Positions 55,886-64,000 of a stretch of 64,000 bases of DNA are shown here, piece after piece. This DNA comes from a bacterium. GTDB lineage: Bacteria; Patescibacteriota; Patescibacteriia; UBA1558; S5-K13. Below the pieces are notes generated by a model. It worked only from the letters and a program-made list of their open reading frames with translations, had not been told where the DNA came from and did no database searches. The position numbers and the translations under genes were made by a program. The first letter of the stretch is position 1, and each line of letters starts with the position of its first letter. Location: NCBI GenBank assembly GCA_035356975.1, contig DAORGW010000001.1, forward strand, positions 4,951 to 68,950. Direction: 5' to 3'.

Positions 55886-57361
55886 TTATTTTCTATTTAT
55901 GTATTGCTCTTCGTAGTATCTTTGATAATCACCGGATTTTATTTCTCTCCACCATGATTCATTATCTTTGTACCACTGTAGGGCTTGTTTTATCCCATCT
56001 TCAAATTTTATTTTTGGTTCCCAACCAAGTTCATTTTTAATTTTTGAAAAATCAATTGCATAGCGTCTATCATGACCACGTCTATCTGGAACACGTTCTA
56101 TCATTTCCTCTCCTTTTCCAAAATATTCTAATACTAAATTTGTTATCTCTAGGTTTGTTTTTTCACTATCACCTCCAACACAATATGTTTCTCCTATTTT
56201 TCCGTTGTGTAATATTGTATCAACGGCATTTGAGTGATCATCAACATGAATCCAATCTCGAATATTTAAGCCATCTCCGTATAGAGGAACTTTTTTACCC
56301 TCGATTAAATTTGTTGCGAAAAGTGGGATTAATTTTTCAGGAAATTGATATGGTCCATAGTTATTTGAACAATTTGAAATAGTAATAGGAAGTCCAAATG
56401 TATGAAAATAGGCTCTTACTAGATGATCTGATGCTGCCTTTGAAGAAGAATACGGACTTCTTGGATCATATGTTGTGTTTTCTGTGAATTTTCCTGTTGG
56501 CCCCAAGGCACCAAAAACTTCATCAGTTGAAATATGATGAAATTTTTTTATACCAAGTTCATTTGCTATGCGAAGTAATACATTTGTGCCTAGTATATTT
56601 GTTCTTATAAAGGTATCCGGATCCATAATGGATCTATCAACATGAGATTCTGCCGCAAAATGTACCACCCAATCACACCCAGTCATCGCTGTTTTTACTA
56701 TTTCCTCATCACAAATATCTCCCTTTATAAAAGTGTAATTCGGATTATTTTTTAATAATTCTAGGTTTTTTAAATTTCCAGCATAAGTTAATTTATCAAG
56801 ATTTATAATTTTATAATCTGGATATTTATTTAGCATATAATAAATAAAATTTGTTCCTATAAATCCAGCTCCACCAGTTACAAGTATTGTTTTTGAAGTT
56901 AATTCTTTTCTTAACTTCATCCAAATTTTTCCAAGTTCATTTCTGCCATCTTTATTCTCTCCCCAACCCCAAAAATCATCATAAGGAGAATCTTCAATTA
57001 TTAATTTATGGCCAGTTTGTAAAAGTTTGTGTTTTATGTATGGATTTTGTTCTAATTTACATCTTATTATCTCCTCCATCATTTCAACTTTTATATTTTC
57101 CCAATTTTTAGGTATTTTATCTGCATTTTCCCTGGCTAATTTATAGGCATCATGAGCAGATTTTGCATTATAAATTTTTTCTACTAAATCCGGTGCTGTT
57201 TCGAAAAAATGAGAAGCCTGATATGCGTGTTCAGATGTTTGCCACAATTTTCCCCTCCACTCAAGCTGAAAACTTGAAAAATTAGAAAAAACAAAGAATT
57301 CTCTTTCATAAAATCCTATTATATTTCCAGATGTTTCAAGTAATGGGTCTCTAAATTGCAT
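55886..57361 (-). CDS. rmlB: NADAR domain fused to dTDP-glucose 4,6-dehydratase
   Basis: About aa 1-155: FSNF...TSEHAYQA...LLQTG...IEDSPYDDFWG.G..G.N.LG...M.LR (NADAR/YbiA). Then LVTGGAGFIG, HFAAESHVDRSI, ISTDEV, YSSSK, NNYGPYQFPEKLIP. Confidence 0.92.
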   Translation of the reverse strand: MQFRDPLLETSGNIIGFYEREFFVFSNFSSFQLEWRGKLWQTSEHAYQASHFFETAPDLVEKIYNAKSAHDAYKLARENADKIPKNWENIKVEMMEEIIRCKLEQNPYIKHKLLQTGHKLIIEDSPYDDFWGWGENKDGRNELGKIWMKLRKELTSKTILVTGGAGFIGTNFIYYMLNKYPDYKIINLDKLTYAGNLKNLELLKNNPNYTFIKGDICDEEIVKTAMTGCDWVVHFAAESHVDRSIMDPDTFIRTNILGTNVLLRIANELGIKKFHHISTDEVFGALGPTGKFTENTTYDPRSPYSSSKAASDHLVRAYFHTFGLPITISNCSNNYGPYQFPEKLIPLFATNLIEGKKVPLYGDGLNIRDWIHVDDHSNAVDTILHNGKIGETYCVGGDSEKTNLEITNLVLEYFGKGEEMIERVPDRRGHDRRYAIDFSKIKNELGWEPKIKFEDGIKQALQWYKDNESWWREIKSGDYQRYYEEQYINRK

Positions 57362-57367
57362 ATATTT

Positions 57368-57778
57368 TTATTTTAAATTTTTAATAATCTCATTATAAGT
57401 TTCCCCTACTTTTGATTTTTCATTTTCATTGGCTTTCCACAATTTTAATCCGTCACCATCAAATCTTTGAACAATATGAAAATGTGTATGCATTATTTCT
57501 TGACCAGCATATTTATCATTGTTAATGTTTATATTAAAACCATCTGATTTTAATATTTTTCTGATTTTTTTTCCTAAATTTTTTGAAACTACAATCATTT
57601 TCTCAAGTATTTCATTATCAGTATTTTCTGTCATATCAAAATGTTTCTTTGGTAATACCAAAACATGACCACGTGATGTTGGATTTATATCAAGAATTGC
57701 AAAAGTAAATTCATCATCATAAATTTTATATGAAGGAATCTCACCATTTATAATTTTACAAAAAATACAATTTTTCAT
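57368..57778 (-). CDS. HIT family hydrolase
   Basis: CIFCKI, LDINP...GH.LV.PK.H, AGQ...HTHFH. Confidence 0.95.
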   Translation of the reverse strand: MKNCIFCKIINGEIPSYKIYDDEFTFAILDINPTSRGHVLVLPKKHFDMTENTDNEILEKMIVVSKNLGKKIRKILKSDGFNININNDKYAGQEIMHTHFHIVQRFDGDGLKLWKANENEKSKVGETYNEIIKNLK

Positions 57779-57782
57779 AATT

Positions 57783-58355
57783 TTATTCCCACTCAGGCTT
57801 AAATGTTTTTATAAACCATTTGGTTACTAATGTTAAAATAATTATTGTTATAAAAAATGTAAACCATTCTTTAATATAATTGGGATTAAAAAATTTATCA
57901 TTTATAAATGCTAATATTAGTGATATTGCAATAGCACCCCAGTAATCTGTTGGTAAATTTAATAGCCACTTACTGTGCCAAAAAATATGATCTCCTTTAA
58001 AATCTTTGATTGTAAAATGCGGGTTTATTACAAACCATAAATAATCCCAAGTTATTATAAATATTAAAAAAATACATAATATATTTAATTCCTGAGAAAT
58101 ATTCCATTTTAAATTAAAGAAAAATGATAAATGAAATATTAAAAAAACAAAACTAAATATAAAAAAGTGATAACCTGTTAATTCTTTTCCGCCCATTATT
58201 TTTTTATACAATTTTGAATACCATTTATTTGGATCTGGGCGCCAGGTTGGAATGTTTTTGGCCCAACCATTACCAGCCTCAATTTGCACTTCTAATGCCG
58301 CTAAAACAACAGCCATTACAAATATATACATTGTTCTTATAATTATCACGCTCAT
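57783..58355 (-). CDS. Hypothetical membrane protein
   Basis: Multi-TM; conserved-looking EVQIE...GWA...PTW, LTGYH and DYLWFV.NP motifs. Confidence 0.7.
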   Translation of the reverse strand: MSVIIIRTMYIFVMAVVLAALEVQIEAGNGWAKNIPTWRPDPNKWYSKLYKKIMGGKELTGYHFFIFSFVFLIFHLSFFFNLKWNISQELNILCIFLIFIITWDYLWFVINPHFTIKDFKGDHIFWHSKWLLNLPTDYWGAIAISLILAFINDKFFNPNYIKEWFTFFITIIILTLVTKWFIKTFKPEWE

Positions 58356-58371
58356 CTTATTTGATTTTTAT

Positions 58372-58869
58372 TTAATTAATTTTAAATGGTGAATTTTCAA
58401 CCTGTTCCCATCTTATTTCATCAACTTCCTCTGTTTTGCCAGGACCTTTGTATAGTTTATCTGGTAAATTTATTGACCAAGCAGGAACATCTGAAATGCA
58501 TTTATAACCATGTACTATTCCAGGAGGAACAATTACACACATTGGGTTGATTTCCCCCACCTTCATTTCAATGTATATTCCGTATGTTTCGCTATCTTTT
58601 CTGTTGTCCCAGAGGCAAAGTGAAAAGTTTCCGGGTCCAGTAAAAACAAAACAATCTGATTGAAATTTATGTTCGTGAGGACCGCGAACTATTCCAGGAT
58701 TTGTTACAGAAACATAAGTCATAACAGGTTTATAAGTATCAAATTGTGAATTTTCATTTTTTGAAATTATATTTTTTATCTCATCTTCTCTGTATACCTC
58801 ACAAAGCCATCCACGATCATCATGATATTTTTCTAGTTTTTTTATAATTAATCCATTAAATAATTCCAT
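58372..58869 (-). CDS. rmlC: dTDP-4-dehydrorhamnose 3,5-epimerase family cupin
   Basis: DDRGWL.E, PGIVRGPHEH, VPPGIVHGY. Confidence 0.85.
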   Translation of the reverse strand: MELFNGLIIKKLEKYHDDRGWLCEVYREDEIKNIISKNENSQFDTYKPVMTYVSVTNPGIVRGPHEHKFQSDCFVFTGPGNFSLCLWDNRKDSETYGIYIEMKVGEINPMCVIVPPGIVHGYKCISDVPAWSINLPDKLYKGPGKTEEVDEIRWEQVENSPFKIN

Positions 58870-58959
58870 AATTTTAGAATTTATATATTATTTATTCTTG
58901 ATTTTTAAGTATATAACTATAATTATTTTTAATCAATAATTGACTAAATAGTCAAAATA

Positions 58960-59154
58960 TTATGTAATTTTTTTAATTTGTGAAACCAATGTTGTGAAAA
59001 TAATTACTCCAAATAAAATTAAGAATAATTTATTGAGGTCAATATAGTTTGAAACAAGCCCGGGCTTTATAAATTCAAAAATAAAAAACACTACATAAGA
59101 AAATGTACAAAAAATTGTAAAATCTAGTAACAATATTTTTATTTTATGTGCCAT
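58960..59154 (-). CDS. Small 2-TM hypothetical protein
   Basis: 64 aa, hydrophobic, E.IKPG.VS.Y; overlaps the upstream gene. Confidence 0.6.
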   Translation of the reverse strand: MAHKIKILLLDFTIFCTFSYVVFFIFEFIKPGLVSNYIDLNKLFLILFGVIIFTTLVSQIKKIT

Positions 59155-60671
59155 ATATTGGGAATTTTATTTACTAAATTATTATAATTTGTTGATATTT
59201 TTTTTAAAATTGGGTCAAGTAGTTTTTTATACGCCTCATGTTTTGAAATTTTTTCATCATTTATTAATTTTACGGAAATATTTTTTATTTTTATGAATCC
59301 TTTGTTGAATTTTAATTTAGGAGAGGAAATTATGAATTTTAAATTTCCGTTTTCTATTTTTGCATCATCTAAATCAAAATACACAGTGTTTTTATACCAA
59401 TTATCTTTTGTTTTTTCAGGTATTTTATATTGAGCAATTAAATATTTTATATCATGTGATTCAGAATAATTTTCTAGATTTATTATTTCTGGATTAAAAT
59501 ACGTGTCTTTTGAAAATGACATAACTCCACGGGTTGAAATTTTTATATCATTTTTTGGAATAATAATTTTTGCCATTTGTGAACCATTTTCAAAATTATA
59601 CCAATTGTGTTGTTTTGTAACAGATAGATTTTTTCCGTTTATAGAAATATTTTGTAGGCCATTTTTATGTGCGGTATAGAATGATAAAGTATTTCCTACA
59701 GCATAAAGCTCGGTTGTTTTAAATCCCAAATTAAAAAATTTATATGCATATTCTGGATTATCACACAAATAAACCACGTCTATTATTGAAAATAGGTTTT
59801 GCGATGTTTTAATGTTTCTTATTATATTGTCATCATTTGTTAAAAATTCTATTTTATACGCACCCTCCTTTAAATTGGGTATTAAAATTGATATATATTT
59901 TGCGTTTTCATCCGCCCCATCTGTTTTTTTATTTGGATCTTCAATCATTTTTGAATAAATTACTTTATTCATGTTGTTGTAAACTTTGATAAATATATTA
60001 TCACTACCATTTGTTCTGTTTATATCATAAACTGTAAATGTAAAATCCAATGGCTCGTCTTTTATGTATGTATAAAATTTTAATTCTCCACGCAAACAAT
60101 TATTTATTTCAATTTGTTTTTGGGATTTTTTATAATCTTTTATATAAAAATGTTCCCCAAGATTAAAATCATGAGCAGCAACTCCATCTAATTTTTGTAG
60201 TTTTTGATAAAAATCATCTATTGATTTAAAATTTTCGTCTTTTTGCCATAAAGTGTTTATTTCATCAGTTAGTGTGGGCCACTTTATATTATTTAATGTT
60301 TCATTATAAAGAGTGTGTATTTTATAGCTCCAACCCTCTTTATTATCCGCATATCCTAGGGAAATTGATTCCTGTTCTCCCGGATCAAATTCAATATTTA
60401 CTTCAGCCCTATTAAAATTTATAGGACTTCTAACCGTGAAATAAACAGGTTCATCATTTATTTCATAGTAATTATCTTTTTTTATAGCACGGTGTTCGGG
60501 GAATATTACAGATATAAAAGGATTTTGTTTGTTTAGACTTGATACAATTTCCAATTTTCCGTCTAGAGTTAGGTCTTTTTGTATTAGATTGTATATAATA
60601 ACAGAAAAAATTCCTAAAAGTATGGCATTAAAAAATATTCTAAAAATTAAAAATTTTGTATTATGTTTCAT
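59139..60671 (-). CDS. Membrane-anchored hypothetical protein
   Basis: 510 aa, N-terminal TM, predicted beta-rich body. Confidence 0.75.
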   Translation of the reverse strand: MKHNTKFLIFRIFFNAILLGIFSVIIYNLIQKDLTLDGKLEIVSSLNKQNPFISVIFPEHRAIKKDNYYEINDEPVYFTVRSPINFNRAEVNIEFDPGEQESISLGYADNKEGWSYKIHTLYNETLNNIKWPTLTDEINTLWQKDENFKSIDDFYQKLQKLDGVAAHDFNLGEHFYIKDYKKSQKQIEINNCLRGELKFYTYIKDEPLDFTFTVYDINRTNGSDNIFIKVYNNMNKVIYSKMIEDPNKKTDGADENAKYISILIPNLKEGAYKIEFLTNDDNIIRNIKTSQNLFSIIDVVYLCDNPEYAYKFFNLGFKTTELYAVGNTLSFYTAHKNGLQNISINGKNLSVTKQHNWYNFENGSQMAKIIIPKNDIKISTRGVMSFSKDTYFNPEIINLENYSESHDIKYLIAQYKIPEKTKDNWYKNTVYFDLDDAKIENGNLKFIISSPKLKFNKGFIKIKNISVKLINDEKISKHEAYKKLLDPILKKISTNYNNLVNKIPNIWHIK

Positions 60672-62265
60672 TTGTAAAATTTATTTTATATAAAAAATAT
60701 TCATCACTTATAAAAACCGATTCTAATTCTATATTTTGTTTTGTATTTTTTAATTCCTTTTTATTATCAAAATAATATATAGGAATTTTTAGATCTTTAA
60801 ATTTTTTTAAATTTTCATAATTGTAAATATCATAATCATATAAAAATACGACATTTCTTTCAGGGAATATAAATTTATCAGATCTATTAGTAAATATTAT
60901 TGCATTATCCTCTGTTTTTGTAATAATTAATTTTTTTAAATTATAAAATTTACTAATATTTTTACTTATCATTTTTTCTCCTTCAATTTTAGAATTATAA
61001 ACCATTGAATAGGAAATATTTGCAAATATTGCTATTAAAATGCCTATAATTAGCGCTGTTAATTTGTTGTTTTTTAATTTATTTATTGATATTGCTATTA
61101 GAATATTTGATAAAACAAAAAATATTAATAAGTATCTTATATAGGAACTTCCAACTGTAACAGAATTTATTATTGCCGTATCAGATATTTTCCAACTGCC
61201 GTAGTAAATAAATAAATAGCTGTTTATTAAAAACCATAAAATTATAAATCCAAACTCTTTTTTTGTAATATTTTTTCTTTTTATAAATAAAATTATAATT
61301 CCCAAAAATAATAATAAACAAAAAATCCAGTTTAATTTTAGAAAAAAATTATAGATTACATAAATGATGTTTTTAATATTTATTCCAAATGGAAAAATAA
61401 TATTAATTACTCTTGTTGGTATATTTGTTTTTGTGTTTGATATTTGTGAAGAAACAACGTTTGTATCAATGTTATTGGCATAGGAAAATTCAAAATAAGA
61501 TGAATTGTGTATTTTATTAAAATAAAAGACCGGAATAAATACAAAAATAAATATCAAAAAAGTTAATAGAATTTTATAATTTATTTTTACTTTATAAAAA
61601 ATTAAAATAAGTATTATGCTTAATAAAACCCATAAAAATTCAGAAGTTCTGGTGATAAGTGATAGTCCAAGAAAAAATCCCCATAAGATAAAGTTTATTA
61701 TTTTTTTATTTTGTATTGATAAAATTAAAAAATAATAAGAAATAATTAAAAGTGAAATAAAAAGTATATTATGCATTAAAAGTTTTGATGAAAAATACCA
61801 AAATCCAGGATTTATTAGAGTTAAAATTGAAGAAATTATAGCAATTTTTTTATCAAATAATTTCTTTATTAATAAATAAAGAAAAATTACAGCAATTATT
61901 GAAAAAATAGGAGTTAAGTATTGTATAATCCAGACCCCAAAAATTTTTGCGATTAGACCATAAATTAAAATAAGACCTATAAAACTAATTGGAATTAAAT
62001 TGAAATTATTTACTGCTATACTTCTGGGGTGAATTAAATCAGAAACATTTGAAATTTCATTTGAGCTATAGCTTAATTTTCTAGATATTGAATTATTCTC
62101 AGTAAAATTTTTAATAAAAAAATAATTAGAAGTTTCATCGGGTGAATTAAAAATAGGCGGATTATAATTATTATTAATATTGAAATAATTGTAAAAACAG
62201 AAAAATAGGCCAAGTATAAATATGGCTAAAATAAGCGAAATAATCTGATATTTGCTAAAATTCAT
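60661..62265 (-). CDS. GT-C fold (PMT/GT39-like) membrane glycosyltransferase
   Basis: N-terminal loop SPDE, multi-TM, L.L..R, SY.RY.L. Confidence 0.75.
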   Translation of the reverse strand: MNFSKYQIISLILAIFILGLFFCFYNYFNINNNYNPPIFNSPDETSNYFFIKNFTENNSISRKLSYSSNEISNVSDLIHPRSIAVNNFNLIPISFIGLILIYGLIAKIFGVWIIQYLTPIFSIIAVIFLYLLIKKLFDKKIAIISSILTLINPGFWYFSSKLLMHNILFISLLIISYYFLILSIQNKKIINFILWGFFLGLSLITRTSEFLWVLLSIILILIFYKVKINYKILLTFLIFIFVFIPVFYFNKIHNSSYFEFSYANNIDTNVVSSQISNTKTNIPTRVINIIFPFGINIKNIIYVIYNFFLKLNWIFCLLLFLGIIILFIKRKNITKKEFGFIILWFLINSYLFIYYGSWKISDTAIINSVTVGSSYIRYLLIFFVLSNILIAISINKLKNNKLTALIIGILIAIFANISYSMVYNSKIEGEKMISKNISKFYNLKKLIITKTEDNAIIFTNRSDKFIFPERNVVFLYDYDIYNYENLKKFKDLKIPIYYFDNKKELKNTKQNIELESVFISDEYFLYKINFTNET

Positions 62266-62313
62266 TATTTTTATTATATCATTTAAGTATATATAAAAAA
62301 AGTTAAAGTATTG

Positions 62314-62841
62314 TTATATTTTGTAGAAGTAAAACTTACTATTTCTGAAATTTATAGTTTTTTCTAATTTGATATTTGGTATTGAAAATCTGTAGCTAAT
62401 AATCAATGTATTAATTTTACATTCATTTTTTAATTTTTGACTTAATTTTTCCATTACATCTGGTATGAGATAACAATAAATTATGTCTGCATCTTGTAAA
62501 TTAGTTTTCAGAAAATTTTCACAAACAATTTTTATTTTACTTTTAATGAGCTTAAGTTTTATTTTCGTAAGTAGATATGGTAGAAATGAATATTCTATGC
62601 CAATATATTTTGAATTAGGCAGAATTTTCTCAGCCATTATTAAAAATTTGGCAAATCCACACCCAAGTTCATAAATATTATAGATTTGATTTTTTTCTAT
62701 TTCCCCTAGTATTTTTTTAATAAAAATTTTATTTGTCGAAAAAAGTGGAGCATATCCACGAAATAAAATATTAAAAAATTGAATAACAGAGAATACAAGC
62801 AAAATAAAAACTATTATTAATATTGGTATTGTTAAAATCAT
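62314..62841 (-). CDS. Class I SAM-dependent methyltransferase with an N-terminal TM
   Basis: AP..ST, YELGCG, GIEYS, ADIIYCYL.P..M, IISY.F. Confidence 0.85.
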   Translation of the reverse strand: MILTIPILIIVFILLVFSVIQFFNILFRGYAPLFSTNKIFIKKILGEIEKNQIYNIYELGCGFAKFLIMAEKILPNSKYIGIEYSFLPYLLTKIKLKLIKSKIKIVCENFLKTNLQDADIIYCYLIPDVMEKLSQKLKNECKINTLIISYRFSIPNIKLEKTINFRNSKFYFYKI

Positions 62842-62939
62842 AATGTAAAATTATATTTATATATTCTCATTTTTTTAATTAAAAGTAAATATGAGAATTT
62901 ATTTAAATATGCTATTTTTTGTGTTAAAATAATTGTATC

Positions 62940-64000
62940 ATGACAATCAATTGGAAAACGTATTATATAATTTGTGTTGTGCTGCTTTTAGCCCTAATTT
63001 TTAATTTTTTTTATTTCCAGGGTCAAATTTCATCAATTATAATAGGGGTTTTATATTTTTTGTTTTTTGGGTTATTTTTCGGACATTTATTTTTTAGAAA
63101 ATACAATATACTATCAAAGCTTGTTTTTGGTATAATACTTCTTGTTTCATATATAATGATTTTGGGAGGTATTTTTTATTATTTATGGGGAATTTATAAT
63201 ATTTCAATAGTAATTATTTGTGTTCTCGCCCCTTTATTTTTAGGGTTTTCTCTGATTCACCACCCACTAAAAATCAAGTTTAATATTAAAAAACCAACAT
63301 ATTTATTAATTGTTAAAATAGTACTAGCTATAATTTATTTGATTTTGTTTTATTTTCAAATTAAATATTTATATTCAAAGGGTACAAGTGATTCAATAAA
63401 TACTCCCTGGAAAATTATTTCTAGTAATTTTTTTATATCCTATTTTATAGGAACAGTTGTTTTATTTTTGCTTTTTTTGGTTAGTAAACAAAGAATTTTT
63501 TTAATATTTGCAAGTATTCATTATTTTTTGTCTTTTTCTGTTATTTTATTTATTTATAAGCTTGGTTTTGGTTATGATCCTTATTTACATCAAGCATCTG
63601 AAAAAATGATTTTTAATAATGGAATCTTTTTACCAAAACCTTTTTATTATATAGGTCAGTATAGTTTAGTCGTGTTTTTATCAAAGATTTTTATGTTTCC
63701 CGTTCAATTTTTTGATAAAATTTTACTTCCACTGCTATCCTCAATTTTTTTACCAATAGTTGTGTTTCAATCACTTAAAGACAATTTAAATATAAATAAA
63801 AAAGTAATTTTTTCTTGTGTTTTGATATTTTTAATTATTCCTTTTTCAAATTTTACCTATACTACCCCCCAAGCACTCGCCAATTTACTTACAATAGTTT
63901 TGATATTTTTATCAATTTCTTATGTTAATAGAAAATTATTTAGTATTATACCTCTTTTTATAATTGCAATTTCAATTTGTTTTATTCATCCAATAAGTGG
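62940..64000 (+). CDS. Polytopic membrane protein (possibly GT-C-like), 3'-truncated by the window edge
   Basis: Open frame from ATG 62940 (MTINWKTYY...GFGYDPYLHQA...PKPFYYIGQYS...TTPQALA) to the window end; absent from the ORF track because it has no stop. Confidence 0.75.
   Translation, partial: MTINWKTYYIICVVLLLALIFNFFYFQGQISSIIIGVLYFLFFGLFFGHLFFRKYNILSKLVFGIILLVSYIMILGGIFYYLWGIYNISIVIICVLAPLFLGFSLIHHPLKIKFNIKKPTYLLIVKIVLAIIYLILFYFQIKYLYSKGTSDSINTPWKIISSNFFISYFIGTVVLFLLFLVSKQRIFLIFASIHYFLSFSVILFIYKLGFGYDPYLHQASEKMIFNNGIFLPKPFYYIGQYSLVVFLSKIFMFPVQFFDKILLPLLSSIFLPIVVFQSLKDNLNINKKVIFSCVLIFLIIPFSNFTYTTPQALANLLTIVLIFLSISYVNRKLFSIIPLFIIAISICFIHPIS

Overview
This is a very AT-rich, gene-dense bacterial chromosome segment that uses the standard genetic code (RF2 is present and TGA serves as a stop). 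Most genes lie on the minus strand. Gene content (split ComEC, PEGA/TPM/LemA/DedA proteins, many glycosyltransferases, core genes lacking Shine-Dalgarno sites) suggests a Patescibacteria/CPR (Parcubacteria-like) genome; this is an inference. Housekeeping genes include gatB, argS, gap, ndk, prfB, uppS, pyrG, rplI, murA, tRNA-Ser and tRNA-Gln. There are also surface-glycan and dTDP-rhamnose genes, archaeal-like pyrBI, Bacteroidota-like serC-serA, and a fermentation cluster (pfkB-pduL-ackA-2-oxoacid:ferredoxin oxidoreductase). The main observations are: (1) a minimal trimeric [FeFe]-hydrogenase with non-bifurcating, NADH-dependent signatures; (2) a frameshifted four-helix-bundle gene enclosed by inverted heptamer arrays, plus gene-less heptamer arrays elsewhere; (3) GTCAT-tagged REP-like doublets, one beside a small GIY-YIG nuclease and two identical copies bracketing a two-gene block; (4) an in-frame NADAR-RmlB fusion; (5) a short unannotated 6S-like RNA; and (6) several apparent pseudo-enzymes and self-contained antisense orphan genes. 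No CRISPR array, rRNA, transposase or integrase was seen. All protein assignments come from motif recognition by eye, not from database searches.
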